Positions 56,799 to 64,000 of a DNA stretch of 64,000 bases are shown here, in pieces. Origin of the DNA: a virus; IMG/VR virus record IMGVR_UViG_3300048813_000107, positions 10,381 to 74,380 of that record. The stretch is one strand, 5' to 3'. Every line of letters starts with the position of its first letter. The first letter of the stretch is position 1. The notes below the pieces were generated by a model. It made no database searches. It was not told the origin of the DNA and worked only from the letters and a program-made list of their open reading frames with translations. Position numbers and translations under genes: made by a program.

Positions 56799-57527
56799 TC
56801 ACGCTGCTCCATGGCGGGCCGTCCCTTCTATCCACCGGGCGTAGTCCGGGAGCCGGCCGCCGTTGCGGAGGAACGTGTGCACCAGCTCGTACACCTCGCC
56901 GAGATCCTGCGGGACACGGCGGACGCAGGTAAGCACGGCTTTCACGGCGGCGGCGAGGCTGTCCAGGACCTCGGCCGCGGTCTCGCAGATGGCGGTGGAC
57001 TGCCGGGCATCGCGGGCCCGTGCGTCCGCGTCCTCGACAGCAGCCTGAGCAGTATCTATGGCGGACTGCTTCGCGCCGTGGCAGCCGGTGCACGGCTCAT
57101 TTACCGGCCATGCGATCGCGGCAGTGAGCTGGCGGTGGGCGGCATCAAGGTCAGCCTGGGCGACGGTGAGGGCCTTCTGTGCGGACTCCTGGAGTCCCGC
57201 GACCTCGGCGAGCAGGGCTGCGGCGGCGCGGCGGCGCTGCTCAAGCTGGTCTTCGGCGTCGCTGACACCTTCCAGGAACTCCCACTCTGACCGGTAGCCG
57301 GTGTTAATGCGCCGGTCGGACTGGCTGCCGGCGTCATAGCGGACGGCCATGGCCGGGTCGAGAGCCCGGAGCGCGGCGATCAGGCCGGTGACGGCGCCGC
57401 GGTCCGCGCCGGCCTGCTCGGCGCCGGCGAGGACTTCGCCGGCCAGCTCGGCCAGGTCGCCGGTCTCGGCGAGGATCTCGGCCTGGATGTACAACTCGCG
57501 GGCCTGCTCTGCACCCATCACGCTCAC
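56799..57527 (-). CDS. Coiled-coil protein with CxxCH
   Basis: 242 aa Ala-rich helical. Confidence 0.65.
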   Translation of the reverse strand: MSVMGAEQARELYIQAEILAETGDLAELAGEVLAGAEQAGADRGAVTGLIAALRALDPAMAVRYDAGSQSDRRINTGYRSEWEFLEGVSDAEDQLEQRRRAAAALLAEVAGLQESAQKALTVAQADLDAAHRQLTAAIAWPVNEPCTGCHGAKQSAIDTAQAAVEDADARARDARQSTAICETAAEVLDSLAAAVKAVLTCVRRVPQDLGEVYELVHTFLRNGGRLPDYARWIEGTARHGAA

Positions 57528-57567
57528 CCCTTCCCGGCTACGTTGAGTGATGGTCCACTCCCCCGCT

Positions 57568-57642
57568 GATCGTTCGCGGGATCGTTCGCAGGGATCGTTC
57601 GCGAACGTTCACAGCGCTGGTCAGTGACGCCGCGAACGTTCA
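57568..57642. repeat. clt-like repeat array immediately downstream of traB
   Basis: GATCGTTCGC at 57568, 57580, 57593; CGCGAACGTTCA at 57600 and 57631. Confidence 0.75.
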
Positions 57643-57675
57643 TGTGCCGGGACGCGGGCCCGTCCCCTCTTCTGG

Positions 57676-60030
57676 TCACTGAACGTCACCCGTCCCGGCA
57701 TCCGGCGATCCGTCATCCCCGGTGCCCGCAGGCAGCAGGGTCAGGTGTCCTCGCTGGCGGGGTCTCCCCATCCCGGCTAGCTCGCGGGCCTTCAGCAGCA
57801 TTTCCCGGGTGTCGTCATCGCACTCGACCAGGCCGCTGGCGACCGCATCGGCGAGCATCTCAATCGTGCCGTATGGCCTGGTCACAGCCTCGGAGTCCAG
57901 CCCGGCCGCCTCTGGCTCCGCTGTGTTACCGGCCAGTAGCCAGCGGGACGCCTGGCCGCTCTTGACCGTCACGGCAACCCCGGCCTTCCGGGCGGCGACC
58001 AGGTACTCATACGCCTTCGTCTTGCCCGTGCCGATCGCCGCGGCGAACTCCGTGGCGGTGGTCCCCTTCTCCAGCAGCGGGAGCATCTTCGACACTGCGT
58101 GCGCGGGAACGCCGGGGATCATCCGCGCTGTCCGCGCGGCCGGAGCCGGGACGGAAGGGGCTTCCGGGGGAGGGGTCGCGCCGGCCGGCCGGGCGTGCCA
58201 CCGCTGGTTACCGCCAGGTAGCAGGCCGACAGCGCGGGCGAGGCGGCCCCGCAGGCTGTCCGGGTCATCGGACGCGGGTAGTCGACCGCTGTCGTCAACG
58301 TCCTGCTGAGGCTCGGGCTGCCCGTAGCCGTCCAGGTCGAGCCCTGGCCCCGGGAGAGCAGGCCGGCCCGCCGGGTCGCGCTGCCAGATGATGTTCCGCT
58401 GCTGCTCGCCGATCGTCCCGATGTTGAACGCCCGGCCCCGGGCCACGACCCGCTTGGCCATCGGCTTCCAGTGCTGGAAGTAGCCAGGCTCGCCCTTGGA
58501 GTACTCGCTGATGTCCGGCATGTCATGCTCGGCGCCGGTCGCGTGGCGGGACTCCGACGCGCGGGTCATGTTGCCGATCAGGACGTCGGTCAGGTTCGCC
58601 CGGACCCCGCCGCCGCCGGTCCACTGCTGCACCGCCCGCTGGCTGGCCAGGACCAGGATAACGGCGGCCGAACGCCGCTTGCTGGCCAGGAACTCGATCC
58701 CGGACTGCGCGCCGGGGACCTTCAGGGCCTCGTCGACCTCGTCCACCAGGATCACCACGGCCGGGTCTGCCGGCGTCGGCTGGAACACCGAGTCCCCGGT
58801 GATCACGTGGGTGGCAGACCGGGCGGTGATCAGCTCCTGCGCGTACTGCAGGACCGCGAGGATCTTGTCGCACGTCCCGGCCGGCTCGTCGGCCAGGACC
58901 GACCCGGCCGCAGTCCCGGCAGCCAGGTCAGCCCACGCCAGCTCATCGCCGACCTTCGCGCCGTTGACCTGAAGCATCACCGCGTCGTCCATCGCGGTGA
59001 TCCGCTCGCGGAAATTATCGAGCACGGTAGTTTTCCCCATGCCGCCCGCCGCATACACGCCGATGACCTTCCCGCCGTTCTCATCCCACAGCGAGATACT
59101 GGCGACCTCGCCTGTCTCCGGGACGACCAGCAGCGGCACCGGGTCGCGGACCGAGGCCACGGCGGGGAAGTAATCAGCGAACTGAGAGCCGGGATCGATC
59201 ATCGGATGCCGGACCGGCCCCTCGATCGACGGGTCCTCATAGCGGATGTCGACCAGCAGCCATCCAGGTTTCGGGGTGGTGATGTCGATGTTGCCGTAGT
59301 CCATGCCGAGATGGTGCAGCAGGTTCTCCGCTACCCCCTCCGGGTGGGCGGCGATCTGGGATGCCCGGCCGCTGCGGCTCCCCGGGGAGCTGGTCAGCAG
59401 CAGCTGCTCGCCGAGCAATGTCGGGATGACGTTCACGAGGTCGAAGCCGCCCAGGCCGATCAGGTGGGCGATCAGGTGCCACCAGGTTTTCCGGCGCACC
59501 AGGGCGGCGGCAGCCTCCCGCTGGTCCCGCGCGTCCTGCACGGCCGGATGGCGCCGCAGCCACCGGTAGCCGAAGTAAGCCCCGGCCACGTAGACGACGG
59601 TCGGCCAGAAGCCGGGCGGGGCGAGCGGGCCCCAGCGGGCGGCGGCGGTGATCCACCCGCCCGCGGCCGCGGCGACGCCGGCCGCCTCACTGGGCAGGAA
59701 TCGCTGCCGGGCGGGCCGGCCGGCGGCCAGCGCCCGGTCATACCTCCAGGTGTGCCACGCCCACACCAGCCATGTCAGGACGGTGACGGCAGCCGCGGCC
59801 AGCACGGTGTCCAGGAGCCGGACGCGGGCCAGGTACATCAGCCACGCGGCCGGCCACGTCACCAGGATCCCGGTGAGCGGCATCCGCTCGGCCGGCGCAG
59901 CCATATGCCAGGCGCGGAAACGCCGCCACGCCGACTCGGGCACCATCGGCCCGGCCGTGTCCTGCAGGTCCTCAGGATGGCCTGGGACCGGGGACGGCCG
60001 GGTGAAAGTGTCCGGGTCGGCGGACGGCAT
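57676..60030 (-). CDS. traB: TraB-like FtsK/SpoIIIE DNA translocase
   Basis: N-terminal TMs, AAGGMGKT Walker A, ILVDEVDE Walker B, LASQR, C-terminal wHTH TATEFAAAIGTGKTKAYEYL...W. Confidence 0.8.
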   Translation of the reverse strand: MPSADPDTFTRPSPVPGHPEDLQDTAGPMVPESAWRRFRAWHMAAPAERMPLTGILVTWPAAWLMYLARVRLLDTVLAAAAVTVLTWLVWAWHTWRYDRALAAGRPARQRFLPSEAAGVAAAAGGWITAAARWGPLAPPGFWPTVVYVAGAYFGYRWLRRHPAVQDARDQREAAAALVRRKTWWHLIAHLIGLGGFDLVNVIPTLLGEQLLLTSSPGSRSGRASQIAAHPEGVAENLLHHLGMDYGNIDITTPKPGWLLVDIRYEDPSIEGPVRHPMIDPGSQFADYFPAVASVRDPVPLLVVPETGEVASISLWDENGGKVIGVYAAGGMGKTTVLDNFRERITAMDDAVMLQVNGAKVGDELAWADLAAGTAAGSVLADEPAGTCDKILAVLQYAQELITARSATHVITGDSVFQPTPADPAVVILVDEVDEALKVPGAQSGIEFLASKRRSAAVILVLASQRAVQQWTGGGGVRANLTDVLIGNMTRASESRHATGAEHDMPDISEYSKGEPGYFQHWKPMAKRVVARGRAFNIGTIGEQQRNIIWQRDPAGRPALPGPGLDLDGYGQPEPQQDVDDSGRLPASDDPDSLRGRLARAVGLLPGGNQRWHARPAGATPPPEAPSVPAPAARTARMIPGVPAHAVSKMLPLLEKGTTATEFAAAIGTGKTKAYEYLVAARKAGVAVTVKSGQASRWLLAGNTAEPEAAGLDSEAVTRPYGTIEMLADAVASGLVECDDDTREMLLKARELAGMGRPRQRGHLTLLPAGTGDDGSPDAGTGDVQ

Positions 60031-60052
60031 CGCTGGTTTCCTCTTCCTGGTT

Positions 60053-60424
60053 TCAGTAGAAGGCGTACAGGGATTCGGTCTCGGCCAGGAATTCCCCTGC
60101 CGAAACTTCGGGCTCGGCGGCGAACACGGCCAGCTGACCGGCTGCGTGCGGCAGCTTGCGGGTCACCTGCGGGGTGTTGGCGTACTGCTGTTCCATGGCC
60201 CGGACCCGGTTCCGCAGATCCTCGCGGTCAGCCGCGCGCCCGGCCCATTCCAGCAGGGGTCCGGCGGTCGCCTTGACGCCCCCGGCCGACCCCCGGTCGG
60301 CATACGGGGTCAGGGCGCTGGCGATGCGCAGGATGGCTGCCCGAGCCTGCGAATCTACGATGACCGGAGGGGCTGGCTGCTGTGCCCGCTCCCGGATTTC
60401 GCTGAACGTTGTAGCGGTCTTCAT
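60053..60424 (-). CDS. Hypothetical protein
   Basis: 123 aa, AAGGA RBS. Confidence 0.6.
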   Translation of the reverse strand: MKTATTFSEIRERAQQPAPPVIVDSQARAAILRIASALTPYADRGSAGGVKATAGPLLEWAGRAADREDLRNRVRAMEQQYANTPQVTRKLPHAAGQLAVFAAEPEVSAGEFLAETESLYAFY

Positions 60425-60444
60425 GGCGGTTCCTTATCTCCTGG

Positions 60445-61356
60445 TTAACCGGGGCTGCCCTGATGCCACCTGCCGTCGTGCGCCAGCTGGCCGCCGCTGT
60501 CGACAAAGGCGTCGGGGAGCTCGAAGTAGGCGCAGAACGCCCCGACCGCGCCGGCCATCGTCTGAGCGCAGGTCACCCCGGCCTCTGCGACGTCCTGCAG
60601 CATGGAGATAGCTGCCGCGTCGACACCCTTGCCGCGGTTGGTCTCGTGCTGCTCGACAACCGACTCCGCCCAGGCGGCCAGGCCCAGAACCTGCGCGGTC
60701 ATCCACTGGGCGAGCTCGATGTTGCTGTCAGCCTCGAAATCGCTGGTCCCGGCGACGACAGCCGACCATTCCGCGGGCACCGCCACCATCCCGGCCGCCG
60801 CGGCGATGCGCCGGGCCCGGATGGCGGGCTGCTGGACAGTTCCGTTCGCTGGCGGCCTGGTGCCGTTTCCTCCGGTGTTCCTTGATGGCATGGCGCTTGC
60901 TCCGTTCGGGCTGGGCTGGATGGGTGGTGCGGGCTCGAGGTCTGAGTCCTCGCCTGTGCGCAGTTCCTGCCAGCGGCGGCCCAGCCAGCTGGCTGGCCGG
61001 CTGGTCAGGCTGCGGGTGTCGCGGGCGAGATAGCCGAAGCCCGCACCTGCGTGGCCGAGCACGCCTCTTGCTGCCGCCAGCCTCCAGCCGGGCGGCACGC
61101 CCTCTTCATCGCCAGCCGCCAGGGCTTCCGTCACGGCGAGTCCCGCCGCGGCGAGAAGGGCCAGGAGCGCCAGCACCGCAGCAGCGGCGGGACTGAGGGC
61201 ACCGACGGCGGCCAGCAGGACCACGGCGGCGCAGGCATACAGCCCGGCGGCGATCCACGGGCCGCACCACTTGTCGCGGATGCCGTGCCAGGCCGAGGAC
61301 AGGCAGGCGGCTAGCAGGCCGAGAGCGGCCAGCCAGCCGATGGTGGTGAGGATCAT
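60445..61356 (-). CDS. Membrane protein with helical C-terminal domain (transfer accessory candidate)
   Basis: Three N-terminal TMs; upstream of traB. Confidence 0.65.
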   Translation of the reverse strand: MILTTIGWLAALGLLAACLSSAWHGIRDKWCGPWIAAGLYACAAVVLLAAVGALSPAAAAVLALLALLAAAGLAVTEALAAGDEEGVPPGWRLAAARGVLGHAGAGFGYLARDTRSLTSRPASWLGRRWQELRTGEDSDLEPAPPIQPSPNGASAMPSRNTGGNGTRPPANGTVQQPAIRARRIAAAAGMVAVPAEWSAVVAGTSDFEADSNIELAQWMTAQVLGLAAWAESVVEQHETNRGKGVDAAAISMLQDVAEAGVTCAQTMAGAVGAFCAYFELPDAFVDSGGQLAHDGRWHQGSPG

Positions 61357-61372
61357 TGAGTTCTTGCCTTCC

Positions 61373-61945
61373 TTAGCAGTTAGCCGTCAGGGTGCCGTCG
61401 TAGTGGCTGGCCGCCCACGGGCTGGCCATGATCGCGTCACAGACGGCCTGGGCGGAGTTGCCGGCCCGCAGGGCGGACAGGATCGCGCCGTAGTAGCCGT
61501 CGTTGAGGGTCTGGACCGTGTACCGCAGGCCGTCCGCGGCGTCGGGGAATGCCCAGGCACCGGTGGCGTTGCTGCCGGGCCATCCGGCACCGGGGCCGGG
61601 GTTGACGTTCAAGGGATTAAAGCTCGCCTGGTTCCCGAACCCGCCGCCTTCCCTGGCCTCCCACTCGGTGACCGCGCTGAAGTCGCAAGACGTCCGCGGG
61701 TCGCCTTCCGCGGCGAGCAGGGCACTGGCCCAGCCGGCCGGGGTGTTCAGGTTGCTCCCGGCCGGGACGATCACGGCGGTGACAGCGGCGGTGCTCCCGT
61801 GACCGCCGCTGGTGCCGTGATGCGCCACCTTCGCGCCCGACCCGGCCGCCAGCACGACGAAGGCAGCAACGGCGATAAGCGGGCCCTTGTCGTTCTTGCC
61901 GTAGCGGCGGCGCAGGCGGTAGTTGTACCGGCGGTAGGCGGCCAT
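61373..61945 (-). CDS. Membrane-anchored lysozyme-fold cell-wall hydrolase
   Basis: Basic N-terminus + TM; WEAREGG, NPLN, DGL..T..TL..GYY..I, SPW. Confidence 0.7.
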   Translation of the reverse strand: MAAYRRYNYRLRRRYGKNDKGPLIAVAAFVVLAAGSGAKVAHHGTSGGHGSTAAVTAVIVPAGSNLNTPAGWASALLAAEGDPRTSCDFSAVTEWEAREGGGFGNQASFNPLNVNPGPGAGWPGSNATGAWAFPDAADGLRYTVQTLNDGYYGAILSALRAGNSAQAVCDAIMASPWAASHYDGTLTANC

Positions 61946-62045
61946 CAGCGCTGCCCCCACCCTCGCTCGCAGGTCCAGCAGCAGAAGTAGCGCCGGTAAC
62001 GGCGGGCATTGTGACCCCGCCGGCGGCAGCCCCAGTAGCGGAACA

Positions 62046-62177
62046 TCACCGCAGCCCGAGCATCCTGAGCAGGCCCCAGAAGGCAAGCAGCAAGGCGAGG
62101 ACGATGACCGCCCAGGCGACCACGTTCGCGGTGTGGGCAGACATGTGGCCGGCAGCGAGGACGAAGTCGGGGTTCAC
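62046..62177 (-). CDS. Small membrane protein
   Basis: One TM; GTGA coupling. Confidence 0.5.
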   Translation of the reverse strand: MNPDFVLAAGHMSAHTANVVAWAVIVLALLLAFWGLLRMLGLR

Positions 62178-62605
62178 GACCGGGCCTCTCTCGTCATGCG
62201 CAGGGTGACGATGCAGACCACGGACAGCACGCCGCAGATGACGACCGCAGCAAGGCTTAGGTGGTACAGGTGATCCCAGGGAAGGCCGGCAGTGGCGACG
62301 GCGAAGGCCCAGGCGGCGACAACGGCCAGGAGCATGCGGGACAACCTGGACCAGGACCGGAAGTACGCGGTTAGCAGGAGGGCCACGATTGTCACGGTTA
62401 CCGCCAGGACCGCTATGCGCCACGGTGCCCACCAGGACGGCGAGGCCAGTGCGGACGTCCACTCGTAGCAGGTGCCGGGATGCATGGCCGGGCTGAACGC
62501 TCCCGGAGGGGCCGGGGCGGGCAGACAGGTTTCCGCCGGAGCCGGCCCGGGGCACACTGCCGGGTTCGCACCGGGCGGGCAGCCGCGGGCGAGGATGCTG
62601 ATCAT
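62174..62605 (-). CDS. Three-TM membrane protein
   Basis: GGAGGT RBS; Cys/Pro-rich N-terminus. Confidence 0.6.
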   Translation of the reverse strand: MISILARGCPPGANPAVCPGPAPAETCLPAPAPPGAFSPAMHPGTCYEWTSALASPSWWAPWRIAVLAVTVTIVALLLTAYFRSWSRLSRMLLAVVAAWAFAVATAGLPWDHLYHLSLAAVVICGVLSVVCIVTLRMTREARS

Positions 62606-62613
62606 GGGCGCGC

Positions 62614-62859
62614 TTACCTCCGCCGGGCCGGGGCGGGGCGGCCGTACCGCGGGCCGGCTGACTCCGGCTTGGCCGGCCGCACTGCCAGGACGAGGCACAC
62701 GATGACGAACAGCGCCAGGACGATGAGGGCGCCAAGGGCGGCGTAGTGCACGTCCTTGTGGTGGGTCATCCACCTGACCTCCGCCGGCCGGGATGCCAGC
62801 CATCCGAGGACGAGGAAAGCGACCGTGCCTAGGAATGCGTGAAACAGGTTCTTGATCAT
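62614..62859 (-). CDS. Two-TM membrane protein
   Basis: ATGA coupling to whiB. Confidence 0.6.
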   Translation of the reverse strand: MIKNLFHAFLGTVAFLVLGWLASRPAEVRWMTHHKDVHYAALGALIVLALFVIVCLVLAVRPAKPESAGPRYGRPAPARRR

Positions 62860-63362
62860 GCTGCCGCCTTCTGGGGCCTGGTGGTGGTGGATTGAGCCGC
62901 GGACTTCGCGGCCTGCCGGTCGTATTTCGCTTCCTGCCACCGGGCTCTTTCGCCGGCGTTCGTGCACGCGCGGCACCGCTTCCACTCGCCGTTCGGCCCG
63001 GCCGGGATGGTGTTCTCCGCGTCCATGACGTGCAGCCTCTTCCTGCACAGGCCGGGGCCATCCGGGGTCGCGGGCCTCATGCCGTGCCGCTCCTGCTCGG
63101 GCAGGCCGCCCCACGTACCCCAGCGCTCAGGGGATGACAGGGCGAACTGGAGGCACTGAGCGGACACGGGGCAGCCGGCGCAGATGGCCCTGGCCTCGCG
63201 CGTGGCGGCCACTCCGGTGCCGTCGTCCGCGGGGAAGAACAGCCCGGGGTCCTCGTCGCGGCAGGCTGCGCGGTCGCGCCAGTCCTGGTGGCGGACGCCG
63301 GAGCGCTGGGTGAACTCGTGCTCCCGCAGGTAGGGGGCGACGGTGTAGGGGCTGGTGCTCAT
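62856..63362 (-). CDS. whiB: WhiB-family regulator with extra C-terminal Cys/His module
   Basis: WRDRAAC..DP.LFF, CAGCPV...C, GTWGG. Confidence 0.93.
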   Translation of the reverse strand: MSTSPYTVAPYLREHEFTQRSGVRHQDWRDRAACRDEDPGLFFPADDGTGVAATREARAICAGCPVSAQCLQFALSSPERWGTWGGLPEQERHGMRPATPDGPGLCRKRLHVMDAENTIPAGPNGEWKRCRACTNAGERARWQEAKYDRQAAKSAAQSTTTRPQKAAA

Positions 63363-63477
63363 GACGGGCCCCCCGTGGGCACTGGCTCCGGCGCGCGCTC
63401 CGGGGAGTGCAGCACCTGCAGCGGTCCCCGGTCAGGCTCCGGGTAGCCGAGCATTGTCACGTACTCCGTGGTGGCGC

Positions 63478-63681
63478 TCATGCCGGAACCCCGTTCACTG
63501 CGTCGCCGACAGCGCCCAGGACGAGGTTCAGGGCGTCGGCCAGCGGTCCGGGCGGGAAGGCATCGGGGGCGCGGAACGTGGCCTCCAGGTACGCCTGCTC
63601 GGCTATGCCGGGCTCCTCCTCGGCGGCAGTGATCGCGGTCGCCGTGCAGCTGAGCACGTCGTACAGGGCCCACGGGTCCAT
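63478..63681 (-). CDS. Hypothetical protein
   Basis: TGATG coupling. Confidence 0.5.
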   Translation of the reverse strand: MDPWALYDVLSCTATAITAAEEEPGIAEQAYLEATFRAPDAFPPGPLADALNLVLGAVGDAVNGVPA

Positions 63682-63941
63682 CAGCGGGACGCTTGCTGGA
63701 CCGCCGCGACCCCGGCAGCCGTCAGCTCCCGCTCGATCCGGGCGTGGATCCCGGCCACGTGCTCGCGGCCGGACAGCTCCGCCTCGTAGTCCCCGGGGGT
63801 CATCGCAGCGGCCAGGTCGTGCACGCCGATCGCCGCCATCGAGCCGGCGGCGATGCCAACCCGCAGGAGGCACGCACCGTACTGGGAGACGTCGGATGCC
63901 GGATCCGGGATGGGGGCGGGAAACTGGAGTATCGTGGCCAT
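63681..63941 (-). CDS. Hypothetical protein
   Basis: AAAGGA RBS, 86 aa. Confidence 0.55.
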   Translation of the reverse strand: MATILQFPAPIPDPASDVSQYGACLLRVGIAAGSMAAIGVHDLAAAMTPGDYEAELSGREHVAGIHARIERELTAAGVAAVQQASR

Positions 63942-64000
63942 CGGTTGCTTTCCTTTCGCCTCCGTCTCTGTGGACGGGGGCTTGGCTTGAGGCGCCGTCG

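Larger units (their letters stand above)
1..64000. mobile_element. Temperate siphovirus-like prophage with an AICE/plasmid-like TraB transfer module; boundaries not visible
   Basis: Integrase, terminases, portal, capsid, tail tube, tape measure and endolysin in canonical order; no host housekeeping genes recognised. Confidence 0.9.

Noticed and set aside
21023-57532. Recurrent GGGGTGA upstream of minus-strand genes as an operator or stoperator
   Set aside because: Position just before start codons fits an ordinary Shine-Dalgarno variant
57568-57642. Possible CRISPR array
   Set aside because: Repeats are 10-12 bp with 2-3 nt gaps and no cas genes are present
57676-60030. Type VII secretion EccC or chromosomal FtsK
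   Set aside because: Single ATPase domain with terminal wHTH and adjacent repeats; no ecc or division genes
2815-60276. Many long alternative-frame or antisense ORFs (e.g. 2815-4047, 28391-30325, 47662-49605, 58471-60276)
   Set aside because: High-GC shadow frames over motif-bearing genes; Arg/Gly/Pro-biased with no recognisable motifs
1-64000. tRNA or rRNA genes
   Set aside because: None recognised by eye; a tRNAscan run is needed to exclude them

Overview
High-GC actinobacterial DNA that appears to be almost entirely one temperate siphovirus-type prophage (ends not visible). Left arm (+ strand, 344-10100): XRE HTH, large serine integrase, a phiRv1-RDF-like micro-ORF, Xis-like HTH, SNF2-like helicase + amino-methyltransferase pair, vWA protein, and a five-gene polysaccharide cassette (GT2 synthase, small membrane partner, CE4 deacetylase, Tat-type GH16, P/S/T-rich anchored protein). 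Centre (- strand, 10190-51318): morphogenesis and lysis genes, including terminases, portal with a LAGLIDADG intein, a split Nudix/MuF head gene, XkdF protease, scaffold, capsid, tail tube, -1 frameshifted tail chaperone, tape measure, tail fibres, a PhoD-fused virion-type protein and a GH25 endolysin. This block is interrupted at six sites by counter-oriented small genes with leaderless-type promoters. Right arm (- strand, 53156-64000): candidate late promoter/terminator/regulator, and a Streptomyces-plasmid-style transfer module (TraB/FtsK translocase, adjacent clt-like repeats, SpdA-like protein, membrane-anchored muramidase) plus WhiB. Best candidates for a new system: a virion-encoding prophage with its own TraB/clt conjugation module, and a phage-borne deacetylated-polysaccharide cassette. 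All family calls come from motif recognition by eye; no searches were run.
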